Of a stretch of 64,000 nucleotides of DNA, positions 46,653 through 56,425 are shown piece by piece. The translations under genes and the position numbers were made by a program. Every line of letters begins with the position of its first letter. Within the stretch, counting starts at the first letter, position 1. The notes beneath the pieces are model-generated. The model was given only the letters and a program-made list of their open reading frames with translations. It made no database searches and had not been told where the DNA came from. The DNA lies in assembly GCA_040751795.1 (NCBI GenBank), contig JBFMHR010000002.1, positions 1 through 64,000 on the forward strand, written 5' to 3'. Source of the DNA: Thermoplasmatota archaeon (GTDB lineage Archaea > Thermoplasmatota > Thermoplasmata > UBA10834).

Positions 46653-49600
46653 ATGGAGGAGTACTTCTCATCGCTCCAGCGTGAGGTGGACGAGTGCTAC
46701 GGCGTGGTCCGGCGGGCCCGCGCGAAGGGCCTCGACCCGGGGACCGACGTCGAGGTGCCCCAGGCGTCCGACCTGGCGGCGCGGGTCGAGAAGCTCCTGT
46801 ACGAGTGGGAGGTAGAGGGCGTCGCGGACCGGATAAGGGAGCTGGGGCGGGACCACAACAGGGAGGAGGTCTCCCTGCTGATCGCGAAGGAGTACGCGAG
46901 GATGCCCGCCAAGAGCGTGGAGTTCGCCATCGAGAGGGCGGTGAGGGTGGGCCTCGCAGTCCTCACCGAGGGGATACTCGTCGCGCCGCTGGAGGGGATT
47001 GCCAGCGTGTCGCTGAACAAGAACCCGGACGGCTCCGACTACCTCACCGTGTACTTCGCGGGGCCGATAAGGTCTGCCGGGGGCACCGGACAGGCCATGA
47101 GCGTGCTGATAGCGGACGTCGTCAGGCGGGAGCTGGGCATAGGCAGGTACATGCCCAGCGCGGGCGAGGTCCAGAGGCTCAAGGAGGAGATCCCCCTCTA
47201 CAAGTCCTGCCAGCACCTGCAGTACACCCCCACCAACGAGGAGATCGAGATCATCGCCCAGAACGCCCCCATATGCGTGGACGGCGAGGGGACGGAGGAC
47301 GACGAGATACAGGGGTTCAGGGACCTCCCCAGGATAGCGACGAACAAGGTGCGGGGAGGCGCGTGCCTCGTCATCGCCGAGGGGCTGTGCCTCAAGGCCC
47401 CCAAGGTGCAGAAGCACGTCAAGCGCCTCGGCATCGACGGCTGGGAGTTCATAGACCAGTTCCTGGACCTCAAGAAGAAGGGCGTCCAGGAGGGCGCCCC
47501 CGAGATATCCTCCAGCTCCAAGTTCCTCAAGGACATAATCGCCGGGAGGCCCGTGCTCTCGTACCCGTCCAGGGTCGGAGGCTTCAGGCTCAGGTACGGG
47601 AGGACGAGGGCCACGGGCCTCGCCGCGCTCGCGCTGAACCCCGCGACGATGATGGTCCTCGACGACTTCGTCGCGATAGGCACCCAGGTCAAGATAGAGC
47701 GCCCGGGGAAGGCGGGCGCGATGACCCCCTGCGGGACCATCGAGGGGCCCATAGTCCTGCTCGAGAACGGGGACGTCGTCCAGGTGGACACGCCCGAGGA
47801 AGCGAGGGCGGTCAAGGGCAGGGTCGGGGAGATCATAGACGTGGGCGAGATCCTCGTCCCGTTCGGGGAGTTCGCCGAGAACAACCACCTCCTGGTGCCG
47901 GCCGGCTACTCCCTCGAATGGCACCGCGAGGAGCTCCTCGCCAGGTGCGGCAGGCTCCCGGAGGACTGGGAGTCGCCGTCCTTCGAGCGGGCGGTCGAGA
48001 TGAGCCGCGAGCTCAAGGTCCCCCTGCACCCGAGGTACAACCTGTTCTGGTACGACCTGTCGCCCGAGGAAGTCCTCACGCTGAGGGAGAAGGTCTCGGC
48101 GGCCGGATGGAGGGACGGCCGGCTCCGCATCAGCGAGGACCAGTCGGTGAAGTCCCTCCTCGAGAGGCTGGGGGTCCCGCACAGGGTCTCGCAGGGCTCT
48201 TACGAGGTGGGCGAGTGCTCCCGCCAGCTGATGCTCTGCCTGGGGCTCGAGCCGTGCAGCGGTGGCCTCAGGGCCAACGGCAACGCGGTCCCGCAGGCCG
48301 GCAAGAGCCTGGACCTGGTCTCGTCCCTGGCGGGCATGGAGGTCAGGGCCCGCGCCGTGACAAGGATAGGCGCTCGCGTGGCCAGGCCGGAGAAGGCCCG
48401 GGAGCGCAGGATGAAGCCACCGCCGCACTGCCTGTTCCCGGTCGGCCACGCGGGAGGGCCCCAGAGGCTCATCAACGCGGCCTCCGCCGCGGGGGAGGTC
48501 AGGATCGAGCTGGGGGAGCGCGTGTGCCCGGCGTGCGGCTCGAAGGGCTTCATGCCAAGGTGCCGGTGCGGCTCCCACACGAGGCCCACGGGCGCGTCCA
48601 GCCTGCAGGCCGTGCCCTTGTCGGACATGTTCGAGACGGCCCTCGCGAACCTGCGCGAGAAGCGCGCCCCGGAGGTCAAGGGGGTCCAGGGGATGATCTC
48701 CAAGGACAAGACCCCGGAGGCGCTCGAGAAGGGGATCCTCCGGGCCAACCACGGCCTCTTCGTGTTCAAGGACGGGACGATCAGGGTCGACATGACCGAC
48801 GTGCCGCTCACCCACTTCCGCCCGGCGGAGGTCGGCATAGACGTCGAGGCCGCGAAGGCCCTCGGCTACGAGAGGGACCACCTCGGGAGGGAGCTCACCA
48901 GCCCGGACCAGCTCCTCGAGCTCAAGGTCCAGGACGTCGTGATACCGGATTCGTGCGTCGACTACCTCGTCAACACGACGAGGTTCATCGACGACCTCCT
49001 CAGGGACTTCTACGGGCTGGAGCCGTTCTACGCGGTGAGGACCAGGGGCGACCTGGTCGGCCACCTCGTCGTGGGCCTCGCCCCGCACACGTCGGGAGGG
49101 GTCCTGGCCAGGATAGTCGGCTTCACCAGGGCCCACGTCGGGTACGCCCACCCGTTCTTCCACGCGGCGAAGAGGAGGAACTGCGACGGGGACGAGGACT
49201 CCGTCATCATGCTCATGGACTGCCTCCTGAACTTCTCCCGGGCGTTCCTGCCAGAGAAGAGGGGCGGGCTGATGGACGCGCCGCTCGTGCTCACGACCAG
49301 GCTGGACCCGAACGAGATCGACAAGGAGGCGCACAACATGGACGTCTCCTCGTGCTACGGGCTGGACTTCTTCAGGGCGACGCAGAGGTACGCCCACCCG
49401 AAGGAGGTCGAGGCTTCGATGGACCTCGTCGGGGGGAGGATCGGCACCGTCCTGCAGTACGAGGGGCTCGGCTTCACGCACGAGGTCTCGGACATCTCCG
49501 ACGGCCCGGTCACGTCCGCCTACACGTCCCTGGAGTCGATGGACGAGAAGCTGGACGCGCAGATGTCCCTGGGCGTGAGGATAAGGGCCGTGGACGTCCA

Positions 49601-49931
49601 GGACGTGGCGCACAGGGTCATCACCCGGCACCTCCTCCCGGACATTCAGGGGAGCCTCAAGAGGTTCACGGGCCAGCAGCTGAGGTGCCCGAAGTGCAAC
49701 GCGAAGTACCGCAGGATACCCCTGAAAGGCGTCTGCTACTGCGGGAACAAGCTGACCCTCACCGTCCACGAGGCCGGGGTGAGCAAGTACCTGGAGAAGG
49801 CGAAGGCGATTGGCTCGAAGTACGGCGTCCCGGCCTACACGCTGCAGAGGATAGAGCTGCTCGAGAACTCGATAAACTCGCTGTTCCAGTCGGACAAGGT
49901 CAAGAACTCGAAGCTGGACGAGTTCCTGTGA
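46653..49931 (+). CDS. polC: DNA polymerase D large subunit DP2 (no intein)
   Basis: AGPIRSAGGT, GGFRLRYGR, PHTSGG, HAAKRRNCDGDED, C-terminal Zn finger. Confidence 0.97.
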   Translation: MEEYFSSLQREVDECYGVVRRARAKGLDPGTDVEVPQASDLAARVEKLLYEWEVEGVADRIRELGRDHNREEVSLLIAKEYARMPAKSVEFAIERAVRVGLAVLTEGILVAPLEGIASVSLNKNPDGSDYLTVYFAGPIRSAGGTGQAMSVLIADVVRRELGIGRYMPSAGEVQRLKEEIPLYKSCQHLQYTPTNEEIEIIAQNAPICVDGEGTEDDEIQGFRDLPRIATNKVRGGACLVIAEGLCLKAPKVQKHVKRLGIDGWEFIDQFLDLKKKGVQEGAPEISSSSKFLKDIIAGRPVLSYPSRVGGFRLRYGRTRATGLAALALNPATMMVLDDFVAIGTQVKIERPGKAGAMTPCGTIEGPIVLLENGDVVQVDTPEEARAVKGRVGEIIDVGEILVPFGEFAENNHLLVPAGYSLEWHREELLARCGRLPEDWESPSFERAVEMSRELKVPLHPRYNLFWYDLSPEEVLTLREKVSAAGWRDGRLRISEDQSVKSLLERLGVPHRVSQGSYEVGECSRQLMLCLGLEPCSGGLRANGNAVPQAGKSLDLVSSLAGMEVRARAVTRIGARVARPEKARERRMKPPPHCLFPVGHAGGPQRLINAASAAGEVRIELGERVCPACGSKGFMPRCRCGSHTRPTGASSLQAVPLSDMFETALANLREKRAPEVKGVQGMISKDKTPEALEKGILRANHGLFVFKDGTIRVDMTDVPLTHFRPAEVGIDVEAAKALGYERDHLGRELTSPDQLLELKVQDVVIPDSCVDYLVNTTRFIDDLLRDFYGLEPFYAVRTRGDLVGHLVVGLAPHTSGGVLARIVGFTRAHVGYAHPFFHAAKRRNCDGDEDSVIMLMDCLLNFSRAFLPEKRGGLMDAPLVLTTRLDPNEIDKEAHNMDVSSCYGLDFFRATQRYAHPKEVEASMDLVGGRIGTVLQYEGLGFTHEVSDISDGPVTSAYTSLESMDEKLDAQMSLGVRIRAVDVQDVAHRVITRHLLPDIQGSLKRFTGQQLRCPKCNAKYRRIPLKGVCYCGNKLTLTVHEAGVSKYLEKAKAIGSKYGVPAYTLQRIELLENSINSLFQSDKVKNSKLDEFL

Positions 49932-49934
49932 GGC

Positions 49935-50771
49935 TCACTCCTCGAGCTTGGATATCTGCTCCCTGATGCCCTCGAAGCGCTCCTCGAGCGTCTTCAGGCC
50001 CCTCACGAGGAGGTCCTTGGCCGTCAGTGACCCGTCGGTCTCGAACCGGAAGTACATCCTGGACGGGTCCCCCTCGACCTTGATGACCCCCGCCTCGCAG
50101 ACCTCCGTGCAGGCGCCGCAGAGGTTGCACCTCTCCGGGTGCTTGGCCACGACCTTCTTGTCCTCCTTGACGAGGACGTCCTTCGGGCAGACGTCGACGC
50201 AGCTGGCGCCGAGGTCGCACTTGTCGTGCTTGATCGTGATCTTGGCGGCGTACCTGTAGCCGGCCCCGAGCGCGGCCTGCCACTTGGCGTGCTGCCTCCC
50301 GGTGCCCAGCTCCGCGGTCGCGTACACCAGCAGGGCCTGGTCGTCCTCGAGCTTCACTATGGGTATGAGGTCGTCCTTGACCCGGAACTTGTCGCTGCCG
50401 ATTGGCTCCAGGTCGCCGGAGTAGACGGTGCAGGGCCCCTTCTTGTTGAGCGAGTACATTATGGTGCAGCTCGGGCACCCCTCGCCGTTGCAGCTGCACT
50501 TCGACCTGAAGACGAAGGTGTCCAGGTCCGTCGGGACAGGCACCAGCGAGAGCCTGTGGGAGAGTATCTCGTCGAAGAGCGGGGTGATGCTCTCGAACGC
50601 CTGGCCCCCCTCGTCCATGATCGGTCCGAGGTGGAACTCGACGTTGTCTATCGCCATCTTCGGCACGTCCGCCGTGATGGTCCTCCTGAGCGCGTTCACG
50701 AAAGTCGGGTTCGTGTCGCTGATGACGAGCTGAGCCTTCGTAGGCGTCATCTCGACTATGTCGATCTTCAT
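49935..50771 (-). CDS. rpoD: RNA polymerase subunit D (Rpo3) with ferredoxin-like domain
   Basis: NALRRT, HRLSLVP, HAKWQ, CDLGASCVDVCP / CNLCGACTEVC. Confidence 0.95.
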   Translation of the reverse strand: MKIDIVEMTPTKAQLVISDTNPTFVNALRRTITADVPKMAIDNVEFHLGPIMDEGGQAFESITPLFDEILSHRLSLVPVPTDLDTFVFRSKCSCNGEGCPSCTIMYSLNKKGPCTVYSGDLEPIGSDKFRVKDDLIPIVKLEDDQALLVYATAELGTGRQHAKWQAALGAGYRYAAKITIKHDKCDLGASCVDVCPKDVLVKEDKKVVAKHPERCNLCGACTEVCEAGVIKVEGDPSRMYFRFETDGSLTAKDLLVRGLKTLEERFEGIREQISKLEE

Positions 50772-50780
50772 CTGATACCC

Positions 50781-51164
50781 CTACACCCTCCGGCCCCTTC
50801 TGCCGCCCTTCTTCTTGGTGCCGTCGTGCGGGACCGGCGTGACGTCCTCGATCCTGCCGATCCTCAGGCCCGCCCTGGCGAGGCCCCTGATGGCCGCCTG
50901 CGCCCCCGGGCCAGGCGATGCGGACCTGTTGCCGCCGGGCGCGCGCACCTTGACATGGATGCTGTCTATGCCCTTCTCCTTGGCGATCTCGGCCACCTTC
51001 TCCGCGGCCTTCATCGCCGCGTACGGGGAGGCCTCGTCCTTGGCCGCCTTGACCACCATTCCGCCCGTGGCCTTCGTTATGGTCTCGGCCCCGGTTATGT
51101 CCGTCACAGTGATGATGATGTTGTTGTAGCTCGCGTAGACGTGAGCTATGCCCCACTTGCCCAT
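50781..51164 (-). CDS. rps11: 30S ribosomal protein S11
   Basis: [23 protein letters not shown]. Confidence 0.97.
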   Translation of the reverse strand: MGKWGIAHVYASYNNIIITVTDITGAETITKATGGMVVKAAKDEASPYAAMKAAEKVAEIAKEKGIDSIHVKVRAPGGNRSASPGPGAQAAIRGLARAGLRIGRIEDVTPVPHDGTKKKGGRRGRRV

Positions 51165-51165
51165 A

Positions 51166-51858
51166 TCATCCGCCCTCCTGGTCCGGGGCCTCGGGGACCG
51201 CTGCCTCGGCCTCCTTCTCCTCCTTCAGCTCCGTCTTGATGATCTTGGCCAGCTTCGGCTTGGCGACCTTGATCTCGTCCTTGTCCTCGGTCTTGGTGGC
51301 CTCGGCGGCCTCCTTGATCTTCTGCAGGTCCTCGGGCTTGGGCCTGACCGGGTGCAGCTCGTTGGAGATGGGGGACTTGACGTGGTAGTCGATCTGCTCC
51401 TCCTCTCCCCTCTTGACGTAGTACCCGGGTATCGTGACCTTCCTGCCGGAGATGGATGCGTGGCCGTGCACGATGAACTGCCTGGCCTGCTTCGGGGTGA
51501 ACGCGAGCCCCTTCCTGTATATGACCGTCTGGAACCGCCTCTGGAGCACCGCCTCGGTGTTCAGCGACAGGACGTCGTTGAGGGTCGCGCCCTCGGCCGG
51601 CAGCAGGGCCAGCCTCGCGCAGCGCTGGAGCAGCTCCTTGGTCTCGACCTCGGCCTGCCTGTCCCCCGTCCTGACGCGCGCCTGGAGCTCCCTGCTCTGG
51701 GCCCTGAGCGTCCTGACGAACGACTGGGCCCTCCAGAGCTCCCTCTTGTTCTTGAGGCCGTACTTCATGAGCAGCTCGTTCTCGGCCTTGATCCTCTCGC
51801 CCTCCCACGGGTGGGACGGCTTCTCGTACTTCCTCCTTGAGAACTTCGGGTCGCCCAT
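51166..51858 (-). CDS. rps4: 30S ribosomal protein S4
   Basis: [24 protein letters not shown]. Confidence 0.97.
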   Translation of the reverse strand: MGDPKFSRRKYEKPSHPWEGERIKAENELLMKYGLKNKRELWRAQSFVRTLRAQSRELQARVRTGDRQAEVETKELLQRCARLALLPAEGATLNDVLSLNTEAVLQRRFQTVIYRKGLAFTPKQARQFIVHGHASISGRKVTIPGYYVKRGEEEQIDYHVKSPISNELHPVRPKPEDLQKIKEAAEATKTEDKDEIKVAKPKLAKIIKTELKEEKEAEAAVPEAPDQEGG

Positions 51859-51866
51859 GGCTCACA

Positions 51867-52442
51867 CTACTCCTTCTTCTCCTCGGCTCCCGCCTGGGCC
51901 GGACCCTCCTTCTTCCTCATGACGCCCATGGTCATGCCGGTCCTGCCGTTGGACCTCGTCCTCTGGCCCCGGACCTTGTGGCCACCCTCGTGCCTGATGC
52001 CCTTGTAGCACCTGATCATCTTCATGATGTTGACGTCGTCGCGCCTGAACAGCTCGACGTCGTTGCCCACGAGGTGCATGTCGGCGCCGCTGGACCAGTC
52101 GCTCTGCCTGTTGACCATCCAGTGGGGCACCTTCTCGGAGTATTCCATGATGAGCTTCTCGAGCTCGCTGGTCTTCTCCTCAGACAGGTCGCCCATCTTG
52201 GCGCTCCTCGGGACCCCGGCCATGCGGGCGATGATCTCGGCCGTCCTGATGCCCACGCCCTTGACGGAGTTCAGGCCTATGACGACGTCCTTGTTGCCGT
52301 CGACGTCGGTGTTGACCATCCTCACGATGTACCTGAAGTTCTCGTCCCTCTTCTTGACGGGAGCCGCCGAGGGCGCGCCCTCCGCCTTCTCGGCCTGCTT
52401 TCCCTTCTGTCCCTTGGGCTTGGGCTCCTTCTGTTCTGCCAA
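51867..52442 (-). CDS. rps13: 30S ribosomal protein S13
   Basis: KGVG, YKGIRH, VRGQRTRSNGR; TTG start after GGAGGT. Confidence 0.96.
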   Translation of the reverse strand: MAEQKEPKPKGQKGKQAEKAEGAPSAAPVKKRDENFRYIVRMVNTDVDGNKDVVIGLNSVKGVGIRTAEIIARMAGVPRSAKMGDLSEEKTSELEKLIMEYSEKVPHWMVNRQSDWSSGADMHLVGNDVELFRRDDVNIMKMIRCYKGIRHEGGHKVRGQRTRSNGRTGMTMGVMRKKEGPAQAGAEEKKE

Positions 52443-52597
52443 ACGGTGACCTCCACGGCCCTGATTACAGTCAGCTCCCCCGGCGTATGATGGCTCTTGC
52501 CTGGGAAGTGATTCCCCGACACACTAAGGTGTATAAAACACTTATGCTCGGCGCCGATGCCAGGTTGGGCGCCTCCCGCGGGGTGCCAGTCCCCCCG

Positions 52598-53437
52598 TCA
52601 CCGCCCGCCGCCCCTCGCCTTAGCCCTCTCCCTCTCGATCATCCTCACCGCCTCCGCGGCCCCCTGGTCCAGGGTCACCGGGACGCCCACGGTCCCGTAC
52701 CCCATCGCACCGAGCCTCCTGAAGAGCCTGGACACCTGGGGCGGCTCGAGCCCGGCGGCGTCCAGGACGTCGTCCCTGGCCACGAGCTCGGACAGGGGCC
52801 CGTCGAACACCACAGAGCCGTTCAGGAGCACCACCCTGTCCGCGACCTCCCCCGCGGCCTCGAGGTCGTGCGTCGCTATGAGCATGGTCCTCCGCATCCC
52901 CTTCAGGATGCCTATCAGCCCGGAGCGCGAGCGAGGGTCGAGCCCTGCGGTCGGCTCGTCCAGCAGTAGGACGCCCGGCTCCATGGCCAGCACCCCCGCT
53001 ATCGCGACGCGCTTCTTCATGCCGTGGCTGAGCCTGTGCGGCCTCCTCTTGGCGAGGCCCTCCGCCGACACGCTCCTGAGGGCCCTGAGGACGCGGTCCC
53101 CGACCGAGTCCATGCCCAGGTTCACCGGCCCGAAGGCGACGTCCTCCTCGACCGTGGGCATGAAGATCTGGTCGTCGGGGTCCTGGAAGAGGAGCCCTAT
53201 GTGCCTCCTGACGCCGTCCGCGGTTCGCTCCTCCAGCGGGTCCCCCATCACCTTGACCGAGCCCTGGAACGGGAACCTGAAGCCGGCGACCAGGTGCAGG
53301 AGCGTGGACTTGCCGGCGCCGTTGGGGCCGACCACAGCGACCTTCTCCCCCTCATCGACGTCGAGGTCGACGGCCTTCAGCGCGGGCGTCCCGTCCTCGT
53401 AGGAGAACGACAGGCCCTTGACCTCGAGGGCCTTCAG
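52598..53437 (-). CDS. cbiO: ECF transporter ATPase CbiO/NikO
   Basis: GPNGAGKST, FQDPDDQ, LSHGMKKR, LLDEPTAGLD. Start uncertain (CTG 53437 or ATG ~53491). Confidence 0.9.
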   Translation of the reverse strand: MKALEVKGLSFSYEDGTPALKAVDLDVDEGEKVAVVGPNGAGKSTLLHLVAGFRFPFQGSVKVMGDPLEERTADGVRRHIGLLFQDPDDQIFMPTVEEDVAFGPVNLGMDSVGDRVLRALRSVSAEGLAKRRPHRLSHGMKKRVAIAGVLAMEPGVLLLDEPTAGLDPRSRSGLIGILKGMRRTMLIATHDLEAAGEVADRVVLLNGSVVFDGPLSELVARDDVLDAAGLEPPQVSRLFRRLGAMGYGTVGVPVTLDQGAAEAVRMIERERAKARGGGR

Positions 53438-54189
53438 GCGACCGCCCCCAGCTGCAGTCCGACCAGCACCGTGGAAATGCACGCGAACCATGCCATGAAC
53501 GCGAGGTCGGCGGCCCTCAGGGGCGGGGCCCGCACGAGCCTCATGTCCGACCTGAACCCCCTCGCCCTCAGCGCCTCGTAGCCGTCCTCCGCCCTCGCGA
53601 CCGCCCTGACGAAGACCATCCCGGCGGTGTAGCTGATCACCCTCAGTCCCCTCGAGTCCAGGAGGCCCCTCCCGCCCCTGAAGCCCCTCGCCCTCCTGGC
53701 CGTCCTCATCCTCTCCAGCTCGTCGCCGAGGAGGAGTATGTAGCGGTAGGTGAGCATCAGCAGGGTGGAGACGAGCCTCGGCACCCTCAGCCTCCGGAGG
53801 CCGTGGAAGAGCTCGAAGGTCTCCGTGCCGCTCGCGAGCACGAGGAGGGCCACCACGCAGGAGCTGGTCCTGGCCCACATGTCGAGCCCCCGCTCGACGC
53901 CCGAGAAGAGGAAGACGGAGACGGAGGCGACGAGAATGAAAGGCAGGGCGCCGAGGTACATCGTGGCCAGGTGCCGGTACGGTACCTGGCTCATGGCCGC
54001 GAAGCACACCGAGATGAGGAGCGAGGCGATGACGAGTCCGGTGCTGGTGAGGAGGGCGGTCGCGACCACGAATGCGACGACGCCGACGATCTTGGCCCGT
54101 GCGTCCAACGCGCCCAGCCAGCTCGCCCGGGCGTGCTCGTCGAGCTCCTCAGGCCGGGTGTGGTGTCCGCGCACGTGAGCGACGATCAT
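53434..54189 (-). CDS. cbiQ: ECF transporter T component CbiQ/NikQ
   Basis: LDARAK, YRYI, ARRARGF, ALRARGF. Confidence 0.9.
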   Translation of the reverse strand: MIVAHVRGHHTRPEELDEHARASWLGALDARAKIVGVVAFVVATALLTSTGLVIASLLISVCFAAMSQVPYRHLATMYLGALPFILVASVSVFLFSGVERGLDMWARTSSCVVALLVLASGTETFELFHGLRRLRVPRLVSTLLMLTYRYILLLGDELERMRTARRARGFRGGRGLLDSRGLRVISYTAGMVFVRAVARAEDGYEALRARGFRSDMRLVRAPPLRAADLAFMAWFACISTVLVGLQLGAVA

Positions 54190-54195
54190 CCGACA

Positions 54196-55188
54196 TCATT
54201 CTGCCTTCTCGCGAACGCCGAGAACCTTCATGAGCCCGAGCCCTGCCAGGGCCACGGCGACGAAGCCGAGGATCCCCGCGAAGAGGGCGGCGAAGTACGT
54301 CTCCCCGTATGAGAACGGCGATGTCAGGAGCGGATTCCCCTCCGCGACGGCCGCGTCATCCATCGTCTTCTCGAGCCCGTCGGCCCCCTCGCTGGAGTAG
54401 ACGAAGTACAGGGGGAGCGCCAGCGCGAAGGCGACGATGATGGCGGTGGTCGCATGGGCGACCCGGCTTGAGAGAATCCCTCTGAGGCCCGGAGCGGTTG
54501 CCGTCCCAGCGTCCCTGGCCTTGAACATCTCAGGCGAGACCATCAGGACGTACGCCGCGACGCCAACCGTGATGACCGCCTCCCCGACGCCTATGACCGC
54601 GTGGTAGGCCAGCATCGCTGGGATGGAGACGGTCGCGGCGATTCCGTACGCCCCTCCCGAGACCGCGTAGCTGACCGCCAGCTCGGCGGCGCAGGCGGCC
54701 GCCGCGACGAAGACGGATGCCCACGCGCCCGCCCCTATGGCGATGGCCTCGCCGGCCGTGAACGCCTTGCCAGCGGGCGCGCTGCCCCTGGAGAGGAGGG
54801 GTCTGAGCAACGAGTAGACGCCCCATCCGATCAGGGGCGCGATCACCGCCATGTTGACTGCGTTCAGGCCGAACGCGGTGAGGCCCCCGTCGCCGAACAT
54901 GAGGGCCTGGACCAGCAGGATCACCGTCATGCCGACTATGGCTACAACAGGTCCGACCATGATCGCCAGCAGGGCCCCTCCGATGAGGTGGCCCGTCGTG
55001 CCCCCGCCTACGGGGAAGTTGAGCATCTGAGCGACGAACACACCAGCGCACAGCACCGCTATCCTGGGGAGGTCCTTGTCCCTCACCCTCCTCCCGGACA
55101 GGTAGATGGCCACCGCTGCGACCACGGCGAACTCGGCCCATCCGAGCCCGGCGACCAGCGGGTCCATGAGCCCATCCGGAATGTGCAT
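54196..55188 (-). CDS. cbiM: ECF S component CbiM/NikM fused to an N-like domain
   Basis: MHIPDG metal-binding N-terminus; GTTGH; GDGG; ADGLE in the C-terminal part. Confidence 0.92.
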   Translation of the reverse strand: MHIPDGLMDPLVAGLGWAEFAVVAAVAIYLSGRRVRDKDLPRIAVLCAGVFVAQMLNFPVGGGTTGHLIGGALLAIMVGPVVAIVGMTVILLVQALMFGDGGLTAFGLNAVNMAVIAPLIGWGVYSLLRPLLSRGSAPAGKAFTAGEAIAIGAGAWASVFVAAAACAAELAVSYAVSGGAYGIAATVSIPAMLAYHAVIGVGEAVITVGVAAYVLMVSPEMFKARDAGTATAPGLRGILSSRVAHATTAIIVAFALALPLYFVYSSEGADGLEKTMDDAAVAEGNPLLTSPFSYGETYFAALFAGILGFVAVALAGLGLMKVLGVREKAE

Positions 55189-55201
55189 CCTAGCCTCCTC
55201 G

Positions 55202-55231
55202 CGTAATACGATTGTGCGTTTTCGTAATACG
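55202..55231. promoter_or_regulatory. Putative NikR operator
   Basis: GTAATAC-N14-GTAATAC (each within CGTAATACG) between the TATATA box (~55247-55252) and the cbiM start. Confidence 0.75.
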
Positions 55232-55316
55232 ACAACGCCGGCTCCGTATATATTCCCTGCGGAGGGCGCCTCCGGATGTCAGAAGGGTTATGTCGGTCCT
55301 CGCCCTTCCCACGGCC

Positions 55317-55727
55317 ATGGCGGGCAAGGCGCGCGTCTCCCTGAGCCTCCAGGAGGACCTGCTGAAGGAGTTCGACTCCGTGGCCGAGGGCCTCGGCCAC
55401 CCGACGAGGTCCAAGGCGGTGAGCGAGGCCATGAGGGAGTTCGTCTCCGCCAAGAGGTGGGACATGGCCAAGAAGGGCGTCGTCCCTGGGGTCATCCTCG
55501 TCACGTACGACCACCACGCCAGGGGGCTCAACAGGACCCTGACGGGCCTCCAGCACGACTACCACGACGTCGTCGGCGCGACCATGCACATCCACCTGAC
55601 GAAGCACACATGCCTCGAGGTGATCTCATTCGAGGGGGAGTCGGAGAGGGTCCGCTCCCTCGCGAGGACCCTGCAGTCGCAGAAGGGCGTGCTCGACCTC
55701 AAGGTGGTCACCGCCCCCTCGACGTGA
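55317..55727 (+). CDS. nikR: Nickel-responsive regulator NikR
   Basis: Ribbon RVSLSL, RSKAV, YDHH, H-x-H and CLEV Ni ligands. Confidence 0.93.
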   Translation: MAGKARVSLSLQEDLLKEFDSVAEGLGHPTRSKAVSEAMREFVSAKRWDMAKKGVVPGVILVTYDHHARGLNRTLTGLQHDYHDVVGATMHIHLTKHTCLEVISFEGESERVRSLARTLQSQKGVLDLKVVTAPST

Positions 55728-55824
55728 GCGACGGGGCAGGTTCAATTGTAAAACAGCACATCGGAAAGAGACTTCTCGGAATTTGTGCATAAAGGGCGCG
55801 TCGTCCGGGCTCGCGTCAGCGCCC

Positions 55825-56418
55825 TCAGTGGCCGCCGATCAGTATCAGCGCGATGGCCGTCGCGAGCCCCGCGATCACGAACCGCAGCCCGGTGTAGACG
55901 ATCATCTCCTTGATGAGCGAGCCGAGGTAGGCCCCGAGCACGAAGAGGAACGCGAGGGTGATGGCCGTGCCGGTGACGACCGCCTCGTCGAGGGGCATCA
56001 GGAAGAACGGTATCAGGGGTACGAAGGCCGCGACGAGGGGCGCCACGCCGTGCGCGAGCGCGCTCACGAAGATGCTCACCCCCATGGCCTCCTTCCTGGT
56101 GCCCTCCACTGTGCAGAGCATCGCCTTCTCCAGGTTCTTGTGGCTCAGGAGGTGCTCGACCCTCTCCGCCTCGTAGGCGCCGACCGCGCTCGAGACCGCC
56201 AGGGCGACCGCGCCGGCGACGCCGGCGCCGATTATCAGCCGCTCCGCCAGCTCCGGGTGCAGGCTCGCCTCCGCGACGTACGCGCCGAGTATCACGCCAA
56301 GGATCGTGAGGGCGCCGTCGAAGGCGCCTATGACGAAGTACCTCCTGGCGATGGTGCCCGACTTGGTCAGCTCGAAGTGGAACTTCAGTCTCTTGAGGCT
56401 GTCCTTTATGCTGATCAT
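55825..56418 (-). CDS. VIT1/CCC1-like membrane transporter
   Basis: RRYFVIGAFDG, GAYEAE, PLIPF. Confidence 0.8.
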   Translation of the reverse strand: MISIKDSLKRLKFHFELTKSGTIARRYFVIGAFDGALTILGVILGAYVAEASLHPELAERLIIGAGVAGAVALAVSSAVGAYEAERVEHLLSHKNLEKAMLCTVEGTRKEAMGVSIFVSALAHGVAPLVAAFVPLIPFFLMPLDEAVVTGTAITLAFLFVLGAYLGSLIKEMIVYTGLRFVIAGLATAIALILIGGH

Positions 56419-56425
56419 CTGTCGC

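Noticed and set aside
46653-49931. Intein in DP2
   Set aside because: The usual insertion site RRN/CDGDED is contiguous and the length is normal.
46668-49966. 1033-aa (-) and 1090-aa (+) ORFs overlapping polC, and the 1136-aa ORF at 57038-60448
   Set aside because: Stop-poor alternative frames caused by high GC3; Arg/Gly/Pro-rich or antisense to clear genes.
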